Source: Gemmatimonadales bacterium (GTDB lineage Bacteria; Gemmatimonadota; Gemmatimonadetes; Gemmatimonadales; GWC2-71-9). Taken from it: 33,592 nucleotides of DNA. The notes under the pieces were generated by a model, which saw nothing but the letters and a program-made list of their open reading frames with translations, made no database searches and was not told the origin of the DNA. The stretch covers positions 1-33,592 of the forward strand of contig JAZFQE010000149.1 of assembly GCA_036444955.1 (NCBI GenBank), written 5' to 3'. This document shows, piece by piece, positions 22,532-31,763 of this stretch. Within the stretch, counting starts at the first letter, position 1. Each line of letters begins with the position of its first letter. The translations under genes and the position numbers were made by a program.

Positions 22532-25360
22532 ATGGCTGGGCGACGGGAACGATTATTTCTAGTTGACGGTTACGCACTCATCTATCGCGCTTTCTTTGCG
22601 ATGATAGGGCGGCCGCTAACGACCAGTCATGGCGAGAACACATCCGCCACATGGGGTGTCGCCAACTTTCTCTTCAGACTCTTCGAGGAACAGAAGCCTG
22701 AGTATGTAGCCTGGGTGCACGATGCAGGGAGCTCTTTTCGAACCGACTACTATCCAGAGTACAAGGCTACGAGAGAGAAGTTAGACGATGAATTACAGGA
22801 AGACTTCGACCGCTCGGTGGCTCGGATCGAAGACTTGCTAGGTGCGTTCTCCGTACGCCTTGTCTCCGTTGATGGTTACGAGGCCGATGACGTTATCGGA
22901 ACGTTGGCCGAGCGTGCCCACTCGCGCCTAGACGTTGTGATCGTCTCCGGAGACAAAGACTTCTATCAGCTCGTTTCACCCCACGTTTCGCTGCTGAATC
23001 CTGGGCGCCGCGGTCCTGCCGCGGTAGACGAACAGCTCGTGACGACAGAGAACGCCCACGAACGTCTCGGTGTTCAGCCTGAACAAGTGGTCGATTTCCT
23101 GGCGCTCGTTGGCGATTCATCGGACAACGTTCCAGGCGTCAGAGGCATCGGTCCGAAAACAGCTCAGAAGCTTATTGAGAGCTACGGGAGCTTGGAGTCC
23201 ATTCTCGAGAACGCCGCTAATGTTTCTGGGAAGCGAGCTCGTGAAGCCTTGCTGGTCGAAGCGGAGAATGCTCTTCTCAGCCGGAAGCTCGTGACAATAA
23301 AAAGGGACGTTCCGGTCGAGCTCGATCTGGATGAATTAAGAGCAGCCAGCCCTGACTGGGAGGAGCTACACCGGTTGTTCGGCGAGCTCGAGTTCCATTC
23401 GCTGATTCAGAAGTTACCCAAGCCGGACCACACGGAGCCCCGGGCACCGCATTCGATCGTTGCGTCTGTCGACGAGATAGACGACTCGCTGATTCAGAGG
23501 TTACCCAAGTCGGACCGCACGGAGCTCCGGGCACCGTATTCGATCGTGGCGTCTGTCGACGAGATAGACAACGCTATCAAAGCGGCGAGGGCCGCAGAAT
23601 TCATTGCGCTAAGCGTCCACACATCTGGGAGCGTACCGATAAGAGGCGAGCTTGTAGGTCTGTCGCTTTCAGTCGGGGAGGGCGAGACCTGGTATTTACC
23701 ATTTGCGCACGGTGTGCAGGGTGAACTGGTCGACCTGGGGAGCTATAAGAACCTGCCACCTCCAAAAAGCCCGGAGCTCTCAGGGCTGGCAGAGCTACTT
23801 GGCGACCCCGCAGTACCCAAAGCTGGACACGATCTAAAGAACGATTTGCTGGCCCTGCGCAAGGCCGGGATTCAGTTGAGAGGGATGGCCTACGACTCGA
23901 TGTTGGTGGGATTCCTACTCGATCCGGGGCGACGGTCTCAGGCCATAGAGGTCACTGCGGCCGAGTATCTCAACCATAAAGTCCAAGGACTCGGTGACCT
24001 CCTCGGCTCGGGCCGCCGTGCGCGGACCTTTCCCGAAGTTCCCATAGAGGACGCCGCCCGTTTCTCAGCAGCCCGAAGCGAAGCGGTGCTAAAACTCAAA
24101 TCGGAACTACAGGACCGGATAGCGACTCGATCAGTCGAGAGACTCTTAAGCGAGGTCGAATTGCCCCTTTTGGGTGTCCTAGCGGACATGGAGTGGCTCG
24201 GCATCACGCTTGATCTCGAAGCACTCGCCGCGCTGTCGCAATCGTTTGGGACGGAGTTGCAGCGGCTTGAGACGGCTATCTATGAGGCTGCCGGCACGGA
24301 ATTCAACGTAAGTAGTACGCCTCAGCTGAGACACGTGCTCTTTGAAAAGCTCCAACTGCCCGTAATCAAAAAAACCAAGACGGGTCCGTCTACGGATGCC
24401 GAGGTGCTCGACCAGTTGGCAGAGATGGGATTCGAGCTGCCGACGCTGCTCCTGGAGTATCGGGAGCTCTCCAAGCTAAAATCCACATATGCGGATGCGC
24501 TACCGGAGAGCGTAAACCCCGAGACCGGGCGCATTCATACCAGCTTCAATCAGGTGGGAACAACCACCGGGCGGCTCTCGTCTTTCAACCCCAACTTGCA
24601 AAACATTCCCGTTCGCACGCCGAGGGGAGAGCTGATACGTGAATGCTTCGTTCCCGCCTCCGGTTGCCTATTCGTGGTGGCTGACTACTCCCAGGTCGAG
24701 CTGCGCCTGCTGGCGCACTTGTCGAACGATGCGCTCCTCATCGAGGCGTTTAGGCGCGGTGGCGACGTACATCGTGAGACAGCGTCGATCATTTTCGAAG
24801 TCGCAACCGGCGACGTCACTCCCGAAATGCGAGATAGAGCCAAAACGATCAACTTCGCAACCATCTATGGGCAGGGTCCCTTCGCTTTGAGCCGCCAGCT
24901 GGACATCTCGCGCGATGAGGCGCGGGATTTCATCGAGCGGTACTTCGAGAGATTCTCGGGCGTCCGGGAGTTTCTGGATGCCCAGGTTGAGCGAGCAAAA
25001 AAGGACGGGTTTGTCGAAACCATCTGCTCGAGACGCCGGTACATACCGGAACTGAAGAGCTCCAATCACAACATTCGCGCCTTCGGTGAGCGGACGGCAA
25101 TGAACTCGCCGATTCAGGGCTCAGCCGCAGATTTGATAAAGGTGGCAATGGTCAACCTCGACCGCGAGCTGGCTGCGGAACACCTGGAAGCGAACCTATT
25201 GCTTCAGGTTCACGATGAATTGGTGTTGGAGGTTACCCATGGCTGCGAGGATAAGGTGGCAGATATAGTGAAGCGCGAGATGGAAGGTGCAATAGCACTG
25301 AGCGTTCCTCTGGTGGCGCGGGTCGGATGCGGTTCTAACTGGTTGAGTGCCAAGAAGTAA
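22532..25360 (+). CDS. polA: DNA polymerase I
   Basis: The start is taken at ATG 22532 (MAGRRERLFLVDGYALIYRAFF). It has a 5'-nuclease domain, a 3'-5' exonuclease-like domain and a pol domain (motif A DYSQVELR, motif B RDRAKTINFATIYG, motif C QVHDE). Confidence 0.95.
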   Translation: MAGRRERLFLVDGYALIYRAFFAMIGRPLTTSHGENTSATWGVANFLFRLFEEQKPEYVAWVHDAGSSFRTDYYPEYKATREKLDDELQEDFDRSVARIEDLLGAFSVRLVSVDGYEADDVIGTLAERAHSRLDVVIVSGDKDFYQLVSPHVSLLNPGRRGPAAVDEQLVTTENAHERLGVQPEQVVDFLALVGDSSDNVPGVRGIGPKTAQKLIESYGSLESILENAANVSGKRAREALLVEAENALLSRKLVTIKRDVPVELDLDELRAASPDWEELHRLFGELEFHSLIQKLPKPDHTEPRAPHSIVASVDEIDDSLIQRLPKSDRTELRAPYSIVASVDEIDNAIKAARAAEFIALSVHTSGSVPIRGELVGLSLSVGEGETWYLPFAHGVQGELVDLGSYKNLPPPKSPELSGLAELLGDPAVPKAGHDLKNDLLALRKAGIQLRGMAYDSMLVGFLLDPGRRSQAIEVTAAEYLNHKVQGLGDLLGSGRRARTFPEVPIEDAARFSAARSEAVLKLKSELQDRIATRSVERLLSEVELPLLGVLADMEWLGITLDLEALAALSQSFGTELQRLETAIYEAAGTEFNVSSTPQLRHVLFEKLQLPVIKKTKTGPSTDAEVLDQLAEMGFELPTLLLEYRELSKLKSTYADALPESVNPETGRIHTSFNQVGTTTGRLSSFNPNLQNIPVRTPRGELIRECFVPASGCLFVVADYSQVELRLLAHLSNDALLIEAFRRGGDVHRETASIIFEVATGDVTPEMRDRAKTINFATIYGQGPFALSRQLDISRDEARDFIERYFERFSGVREFLDAQVERAKKDGFVETICSRRRYIPELKSSNHNIRAFGERTAMNSPIQGSAADLIKVAMVNLDRELAAEHLEANLLLQVHDELVLEVTHGCEDKVADIVKREMEGAIALSVPLVARVGCGSNWLSAKK
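23399..23572 (+). repeat. In-frame tandem duplication, 2 x 87 bp (2 x 29 aa), inside polA
   Basis: Copy 1 (23399-23485) encodes SLIQKLPKPDHTEPRAPHSIVASVDEIDD. Copy 2 (23486-23572) encodes SLIQRLPKSDRTELRAPYSIVASVDEIDN. Hand alignment shows 7 nucleotide differences in 87. Confidence 0.9.
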
Positions 25361-25366
25361 GGGGTT

Positions 25367-25807
25367 GTGAAGCCAAGATTCTTGGAGCACTTTGTTGAGG
25401 TGCTATACCGAGGTGCCGTGGCGAGATCCGAGAGCGCCTTTACGCTGATCGAACTCACGGTCGTCGTAGTAATAATTGGTTTGGTGGCGTCGATTGCCGT
25501 GAACCGATTTGGCAACTCGCGAGCGAACGCATATGTCTCGTCCGTGAAAGCGGATCTGCGCAATCTTGCGCTGGCTGAGGAATCTTACTACTACGACAAC
25601 GGGGCTTATGCGGGCAGCTTAGCTGCACTGGGTACGGGGGGCTACCAGAGCAGTCCCGGTGTTGACGTTACGATAAACGAAGCCACGAACGCCGGCTGGT
25701 CGGCCACCGCAACGCACCAAGACACACCGAAGCAGTGCTACTTGTTCACGGAGGCTGCTGCGCCGATAGGCTCCGCCACCACACCTGGAAACATCTCCTG
25801 TACCTGA
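25367..25807 (+). CDS. Type IV pilin-like protein (prepilin-type N-terminal cleavage/methylation domain)
   Basis: It has the class III signal and N-terminal helix ...SESA|FTLIELTVVVVIIGLVASIAV with Glu5, and a C-terminal Cys pair (KQC...ISC) typical of the pilin D-region. An alternative GTG start at 25418 would give a 7-residue leader. Confidence 0.75.
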   Translation: MKPRFLEHFVEVLYRGAVARSESAFTLIELTVVVVIIGLVASIAVNRFGNSRANAYVSSVKADLRNLALAEESYYYDNGAYAGSLAALGTGGYQSSPGVDVTINEATNAGWSATATHQDTPKQCYLFTEAAAPIGSATTPGNISCT

Positions 25808-25844
25808 CGACGCCTGGTGCGAGTTTGAGTCGCGCTGGGACGGG

Positions 25845-26120
25845 ATGAGGCACGCCCTCTCGGGCGGGCTTTGGCTGCACCGCTTTGAGCTGAACAGCGA
25901 ACCAATGGCCCACTTGGTGTCTTCCGACCGCGGAGCCCTCCTCGCGGCTGGGCGCCGACTGGGAATGGCCCCCGATTGGCTTCAAGAAAAGCCTCTCAAA
26001 CATGTTGATACTGGAGTTCGCACGGAGGCGTGGCACTGGGATTTGCGGGGGCGAAGACTAGAACTCGCGGTGCGGCTGGCGAGCGAAGAGGCAAAGCTTA
26101 CGCAGGGGCGATCCGCCTAA
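25845..26120 (+). CDS. DUF4031-like small protein
   Basis: 91 aa. The pattern ...W.HLVSSDRGALLAAGRRLGMAPDWLQ......HWDLRGRRLELAV resembles the DUF4031 layout (HL.sD...eLh.fA..lGl...w.....HYDl....r..A). Assigned by eye only. Confidence 0.45.
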   Translation: MRHALSGGLWLHRFELNSEPMAHLVSSDRGALLAAGRRLGMAPDWLQEKPLKHVDTGVRTEAWHWDLRGRRLELAVRLASEEAKLTQGRSA

Positions 26121-28372
26121 ACTTCTTGACCGCCTTTGATACCTGGCCACCAGTTCCACCGCCCGGCGATGTGCATGATGGCTGGCACGAGCACCATTCG
26201 AATTATGGTTGCGTCGAGGAACACGGCTACGGCGAGGCCGAAACCAAGCAACTGCGCACCGAGCACGCGCGAGAAGGCGATCACGCCGAAAACTATGATC
26301 ATTATCGCGGCTGCGCTCGTAATCACTGAGGCAGTTGCACTCAGTCCTTCCATCGTTGCTTGATCGTTGTCCTTTGTCCGCTCATATACTTCCTTGATGC
26401 GGGAGAGAAGGAAGATCTCGTAATCCATGCTAAGCCCGAACACGATTGTGAACACTAGGACAGGCACAACCACATAGACAGCTTCGGTGGGTCCGCTAAG
26501 TCCGAACATTTCAACCCCCACGCCTTGTTGAAAGACCAGCACTAGCAGGCCGAAAGCACCAGCGACTGAAAGCGAGTTCATGACCACGGCCTTGAGCGGG
26601 ACCAGAACGGACTGGAAGGCGAAGAACATCATGATCGCCGTCACGCCCAACACGAGTGCGATGACCAGTGGGAAGTGTGCCAGCAACTCCTCTTGCAAGT
26701 CCACAGCCGCGGCTGCGAAGCCGGTTACCATCACGGTGACCGAGTCCAGCCCGCGAATTCCGTTGGTAACCACTCCTCTAACCCTGCGCACGGCGTCCAT
26801 GGCGCCGGTCAACGACGTGCTGTCGGCCAGCACGACGTCCATTAGAGTCGTGTTCCCGTCGCTGGATACGTACGACTCAAAGAATTCGGGATAGCGATCA
26901 CTGGCTGCCTCCAAGTCGCTGTAGAGCATGCTGTAGCGGAACAGCGACAGCCGCGTCCCGAAGTCAACCGGCCCTCTGATCTGAGCGACGCGCGGATCGT
27001 TCTTGATGCTGTCGGAGAGTCTCTTTAGGCCCCGCAGGTACCTCGAGCCAACCACCTTCTGGCCCTCGGGGGCTTGCAGCAGCACACGGACTGGTTGCAG
27101 AGAGCCCCTTGAGCCAATGACCTCGAGCGCTCGCACTCCATCACCCGATTCTGTGTCTTGCGGGAACCAACCCTCTCTCGGCAATCCGATCTTTAAGCTG
27201 GTCGCCGGCCACGTAATCACCCCGATCAGCACGCCACCCAACGTGATGGCTCGCCATGGATGTTGAGCCAACCACTTCGCCCACCGTTCCCAGCGGGACG
27301 GGGCATGATACCACGCGAGTCTCTTGGCCAGCGCCTTGGGCATATCTATCGAGCGTCCCAGCAGGGACAGGCCGGCGGGCAGCAGGGTGATGCTCAGGAG
27401 CACCGCAATGGTCACCACGATCATTCCGCCCACCCCGACGGAGCGTGTGTCCATCATTGGTGTGACGAGGAGGGAAGCAAACCCGACGGCTACAGTGAGT
27501 CCGCTGGTAATAACGGCTTTGCCCGCGGTCACAACTGTTCGTTGGGCCGCCTCTCTGGCCCCGAAGCCGCGGTTCATTTCCTCGCGAAACCGCGTGACCA
27601 TCAATAGGGAGTAGTCGATACCGACTGCGAGACCCACCATGGTTACGATATTGAGTACATACAGTGACATAGGCTGGACCGCGGCCGCCACCTGCACCAA
27701 GGCTAGTGAGATGGTTATCACGAGACCGCCTATGACCAGGGGCAGGACCGCGGCCACGAGTGCTCCGAAACCTAGGATCAAGACAATCGCCGTAAGCGGT
27801 AAAGCTCGCTCCTCACCTCGTCTCGAATCCTCGGTGGCGATGACTCTGGCGTCGTAGTCGAGTGCCGGCCCACCCGTGACGAACACTTCGTAGTCCGAAG
27901 AGAATACGAATCGGTCTGCTGTGCGGTGGATGGCATGGCGAAAGCCTGGAACTCGATCTACGTGCGAGATGGAGTCTGACGGGTCGACCGTCGCGATCAT
28001 AAACGTCGTTCTTCGATCGTCACTCACGAGCCCGGAATCTTGGCTGTCCAGGTAGGACACCACTCGCGTGATGTAGGGCTCGTCCTGAGCTGCGAGTGTG
28101 ATCATTCGCAGAAGTCGCGTGAATCGCGGATTCTCCACTGCCACGGGACCCGAGATTGTAACGGCGAAGAATTCGCGGACCGGGGTTGCAAAGACATCGC
28201 TAATTATGCTATCGGCGCGTCTGGCCTCCGTGACAACTTTCGAGCCCCCTTTGACCTGCAGGACTTCGGTCACACGCGAGGCTCGTGGCATAGCCAGTAA
28301 CAAGGCCGCGGCCCAGAAAAACAACACCGGGTACGGATGCCTGACAACGAGCCTTGCTAGCGATGCTATCAC
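26117..28372 (-). CDS. MMPL/RND-superfamily transporter
   Basis: 751 aa. It has two 6-TM bundles each preceded by a large loop domain, and a duplicated MMPL-type TM core (GIDYSLLMVTRFREE and GLSMDYEIFLLSRIKE). Confidence 0.85.
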   Translation of the reverse strand: MIASLARLVVRHPYPVLFFWAAALLLAMPRASRVTEVLQVKGGSKVVTEARRADSIISDVFATPVREFFAVTISGPVAVENPRFTRLLRMITLAAQDEPYITRVVSYLDSQDSGLVSDDRRTTFMIATVDPSDSISHVDRVPGFRHAIHRTADRFVFSSDYEVFVTGGPALDYDARVIATEDSRRGEERALPLTAIVLILGFGALVAAVLPLVIGGLVITISLALVQVAAAVQPMSLYVLNIVTMVGLAVGIDYSLLMVTRFREEMNRGFGAREAAQRTVVTAGKAVITSGLTVAVGFASLLVTPMMDTRSVGVGGMIVVTIAVLLSITLLPAGLSLLGRSIDMPKALAKRLAWYHAPSRWERWAKWLAQHPWRAITLGGVLIGVITWPATSLKIGLPREGWFPQDTESGDGVRALEVIGSRGSLQPVRVLLQAPEGQKVVGSRYLRGLKRLSDSIKNDPRVAQIRGPVDFGTRLSLFRYSMLYSDLEAASDRYPEFFESYVSSDGNTTLMDVVLADSTSLTGAMDAVRRVRGVVTNGIRGLDSVTVMVTGFAAAAVDLQEELLAHFPLVIALVLGVTAIMMFFAFQSVLVPLKAVVMNSLSVAGAFGLLVLVFQQGVGVEMFGLSGPTEAVYVVVPVLVFTIVFGLSMDYEIFLLSRIKEVYERTKDNDQATMEGLSATASVITSAAAIMIIVFGVIAFSRVLGAQLLGFGLAVAVFLDATIIRMVLVPAIMHIAGRWNWWPGIKGGQEV

Positions 28373-28500
28373 TCAGTCTCCCTTCCAATCAGCGCTAACG
28401 TTATACGTCGCAAAGGATTCAATGATAGAATCACTTCGGACCCTGTGCCAGTTTGGGCTGGGCTGGATTTGCTACGCGGAGCGGGATCATATTCGTGATC

Positions 28501-29217
28501 ATGCGTTTCTTGACCCTTGGGTTTATCGGCTTGCTTGCCGTCCTTGGCGCCCTAGTATTGCGCGATAGGAGCACTATAGACCGGCCTGCCGAAGTGCCGC
28601 ATCAGGACTTCGAGCTGACGCCGGCAGACTCACTCCAAGAACTTCGCGCCAGCCGCTGGCGTTGGGCGCTAGACTTTGATTCCTACCTGGCAGCCATGGT
28701 CGACGGCTCCGATTCGGTCTTGAAACGTTGGGCAGAGAGGCCCGGGAACCCAATCCGAGTACATATAGCTGAAAGCGGAGCGGAAGGTCTCTCAGGCAAT
28801 CACCTCCGGGTTGTCAGGGAAGCGTTTGGAAGGTGGAAGAGTGTGGGAACGTCAACCATTCCGCTCTCGTACGTCTACGTTCGCGACCCGGCGACGGCGG
28901 AGGTCAGCGTTCGCTGGACAACCTCGTTCCCCGATGCACGCGCCGGGCGCGCCGACATCGCCTGGAATCATCGGTGGTTCATTCAGCAGGCGACCCTGAC
29001 GCTCGCAACGCATTCGTTCGAGGGGTTTGAGTACCCCATAGACGGAGTCTACACGGTGGCGCTCCACGAGATTGGACACCTGCTCGGCCTGGGCCATTCC
29101 GACGGTCCTCGGGATGTAATGTTTCCGTCAACTGAGATCCACGAGCTCACTATCCGGGACCGGCTGACGGCCCGACTTCTCTATTCCATGCCTCCCGGGC
29201 CCGTGGGCGGGTTCTGA
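28501..29217 (+). CDS. Matrixin-family zinc metalloprotease (M10), membrane-anchored or secreted
   Basis: ATG 28501 gives an N-terminal hydrophobic segment (MRFLTLGFIGLLAVLGALVL). The zinc motif is HEIGHLLGLGH (HExxHxxGxxH), followed by a Met-turn candidate (DVMFP). Confidence 0.8.
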   Translation: MRFLTLGFIGLLAVLGALVLRDRSTIDRPAEVPHQDFELTPADSLQELRASRWRWALDFDSYLAAMVDGSDSVLKRWAERPGNPIRVHIAESGAEGLSGNHLRVVREAFGRWKSVGTSTIPLSYVYVRDPATAEVSVRWTTSFPDARAGRADIAWNHRWFIQQATLTLATHSFEGFEYPIDGVYTVALHEIGHLLGLGHSDGPRDVMFPSTEIHELTIRDRLTARLLYSMPPGPVGGF

Positions 29218-30269
29218 GACTGGAGCTCGTCGAGCCCCCGAGCGACACGTAGTGCGTAGTCGGCATAACGCTGAAGTCCGCTGAACGGGAAATTGGCGTG
29301 CCATTCGTCTCCGGGAACGTGGTATTGGTTCCATTGGCGGAACAACCGTTCGGAATCATCTTTGCTCATCCCCTCGTACGGTCCGCGACCCGGAATGATG
29401 AATACCGAGGGTACCCCCACTTGGTGAAACGCGTAATAGTCTGAGTTGGGGCGGATGTGCGAGGCGCGCGCCTCCCAGCCAAACGATGCCGCGATTCTCA
29501 TTGCCACGCGCCCGGGCTCCGTTTCATCGCCGCCAACTATCTCCCAACTGATCGGTCTGCCGGGGGGAGCGCCAGCGTCGAGGTTTATGAGACCCAGGAT
29601 CCGTTCGTTGGGCCAGACGGGATTGGCCGCGAGGTATCGAGCACCCAGCAGGCCCAGTTCTTCGCCGGTCAAGAACATGAATAGCACCGAGTGCCGAGGA
29701 GGAGACGTCGTGAATTCTTGCGCGATGGCTAGGAGCATAGCGACTCCGGCAGCATTGTCAGAGAAGCCGTTATAAATCGAGTCGCCCGTCGAATCCGGGG
29801 CGCCTACACCGAGATGATCGTAGTGGGCAGCAAAAGCAATCACCCAATCAGGTGCCGCCGATCCTCGAAGTAGACAGCTCACGTTGGCGGCGTTGAGTTT
29901 CCTACCCGCCGCGACGGTGTCCATCGGATCCAGCACGACGCGACGACCCTCCGTGTCCGCGGGCAGCTCCACAAGCGGTATCGGCTGCAAGTAGTCTTCA
30001 CCGAGAGCTTCCAGCCCGAGACTGCGGCAGACGGACACAATGTATTGGGCGGCTATGTGGGATCCCGCGCTCCCGGTGGCTCTCCCGCGAAGCAAGTCGC
30101 GGGATAAGAAATATGTGTGAGCTCGAAGTGAGAGAGTATCGGTGAGCGCAAGCTGCGTAGCTCTTGCTTGCGTGACCAAGATTCCCAGAAGCGTGACGAC
30201 AGCCAGCGTTCCGTTTCTCATATAGGTGGATTCGGGTTTTTTGCGTGCCGGTTGAGGTTTCCCTAACAT
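29181..30269 (-). CDS. M28 family metallopeptidase (aminopeptidase-like)
   Basis: 362 aa with a signal-like N-terminus; an alternative ATG at 30221 gives MRNGTLAVVTLLGILV. M28 metal-ligand blocks are present: AAHYDHLG, GFSDNAAGVAMLL and LTGEELGLLGARY. Confidence 0.8.
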   Translation of the reverse strand: MLGKPQPARKKPESTYMRNGTLAVVTLLGILVTQARATQLALTDTLSLRAHTYFLSRDLLRGRATGSAGSHIAAQYIVSVCRSLGLEALGEDYLQPIPLVELPADTEGRRVVLDPMDTVAAGRKLNAANVSCLLRGSAAPDWVIAFAAHYDHLGVGAPDSTGDSIYNGFSDNAAGVAMLLAIAQEFTTSPPRHSVLFMFLTGEELGLLGARYLAANPVWPNERILGLINLDAGAPPGRPISWEIVGGDETEPGRVAMRIAASFGWEARASHIRPNSDYYAFHQVGVPSVFIIPGRGPYEGMSKDDSERLFRQWNQYHVPGDEWHANFPFSGLQRYADYALRVARGLDELQSQNPPTGPGGME

Positions 30270-30311
30270 ACACTTGCGATGGCTCAGGTTACACGGATAG
30301 CCGTTTGATCG

Positions 30312-31439
30312 ATGTGGATTGAGGCTTTGATGCTCGTGGGCGCGTTACAGGGCCCGCAGCCGGAAATCGACCGCGTTGTCGAGTCTGCTATACGGGACGG
30401 TGTGTTTCCAGGCGCTGTCGTCATTATCGGGACCTCCGCCGAGATCCTCTACTCTAAGGGGTACGGGCATTACACATGGTCGCTGGATGCACCGGTTCCG
30501 GCGCCCGACAGCACGTTGTTCGACCTGGCGTCTCTCACCAAGGTCGTGGCCACTACTCCGGCCGTAATGCGTTTGGTAGACGAGGGAACACTGCGGCTGG
30601 GGACTCTCGTCAAGGATGTACTTCCAGCGTTCGAAGGACGGGGGAAAGGTGTTGTTACCGTGCGACACCTTCTAGCTCACACGTCGGGTTTGAGGTCATT
30701 CCTGCCGCTCAACGAAATGGCGAGCACTCCGCAGGAAGCTCGCGGAATTGTGCTTTCGGAGCCACTGAGCTGGCGACCTGATTCTCGGGTTCAATACTCT
30801 GATCTCAATGCCATGCTCCTAGGCTGGATTGTTGAGGAGGTCAGCGGGACCACGCTGGACGATTTCGTCTCGCGCGAGATATATGACGCCGCTGGAATGC
30901 AGCAGACACGGTTTGGAGTTACGCGATCGGTGCATGATCGCGTCATGCCGGTTGGCTTATGGCGGGGCCACGTGATCAGTGGCCAGTTACATGACCAGAA
31001 CGCCGTTCGCCTCGGTGGGGTGTCGGGTCATGCGGGCCTCTACAGTACGGCTTCCGATTTGGCGCGCTACGCGCAGATACTTCTCAACAAAGGCACTGTA
31101 GCGGGTGGCGTGTTGTTCAGCGAGTGGGTGATAGACGTCTTTACCCGTCGCCAGCGCGGTAACAGGTCCCTTGGCTGGGAAATGAGGGACACTACCAGCA
31201 CTGACAATACCGGTTCCCTGCTGTCTCCGGCGGCGTTCGGGCACAGCGGCTTCACGGGCACATCGATGTGGATTGATCCGGACCTCGATTTGCTTGTGGT
31301 TTTTCTGACGAACAGAGTGTTCGCACCGCGGGTGTCTGGCTCGATATCGAGGCTCAAGCAGGTGCGCGCCGCGATTGCAGATGCTGCTGCGCTGATGCTG
31401 CGCGCGCAATCGCTAAACGGGAGGCTAGACGCTCGCTAA
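30312..31439 (+). CDS. Serine hydrolase, beta-lactamase/PBP4*-type family
   Basis: 375 aa. Motifs are S-x-x-K (ASLTK), Y-x-N (YSDLN) and H-x-G (HSGFTG). Confidence 0.8.
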   Translation: MWIEALMLVGALQGPQPEIDRVVESAIRDGVFPGAVVIIGTSAEILYSKGYGHYTWSLDAPVPAPDSTLFDLASLTKVVATTPAVMRLVDEGTLRLGTLVKDVLPAFEGRGKGVVTVRHLLAHTSGLRSFLPLNEMASTPQEARGIVLSEPLSWRPDSRVQYSDLNAMLLGWIVEEVSGTTLDDFVSREIYDAAGMQQTRFGVTRSVHDRVMPVGLWRGHVISGQLHDQNAVRLGGVSGHAGLYSTASDLARYAQILLNKGTVAGGVLFSEWVIDVFTRRQRGNRSLGWEMRDTTSTDNTGSLLSPAAFGHSGFTGTSMWIDPDLDLLVVFLTNRVFAPRVSGSISRLKQVRAAIADAAALMLRAQSLNGRLDAR

Positions 31440-31461
31440 ACCGCTATATTCAGTGAAGCAG

Positions 31462-31758
31462 ATGGCTACCGAACAAGAGATACAGAAGGCGCTCAGAGGG
31501 GTTAAGGACCCCGAGCTGGATCTCAACATCATAGACCTGGGTCTCGTCTACGACATCGAGGTCGAGAGTGGCAATGTTGACGTAAAGATGACTCTGACTT
31601 CTCCGGGGTGTCCCGCCGGACCTGAGATCCTCGCTGACGTCGAGCAGTCCATATCGGCTCTTGACGGTGTCGAGAAGGTGGAGGTCGAGATAGTCTGGGA
31701 GCCGTACTGGACGCCCGAGCGGATTGATCCCCGCGTCCGCGCCTATCTCGGCTTTTAG
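31462..31758 (+). CDS. Fe-S cluster assembly factor SufT-like (DUF59/MIP18 family)
   Basis: It contains ALRGVKDPELDLNIIDLGLVYDIEV....V.VKMTLTSPGCP, the hallmark DUF59 motif. The track start is GTG 31453; I prefer ATG 31462. Confidence 0.8.
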   Translation: MATEQEIQKALRGVKDPELDLNIIDLGLVYDIEVESGNVDVKMTLTSPGCPAGPEILADVEQSISALDGVEKVEVEIVWEPYWTPERIDPRVRAYLGF

Positions 31759-31763
31759 CGAGA

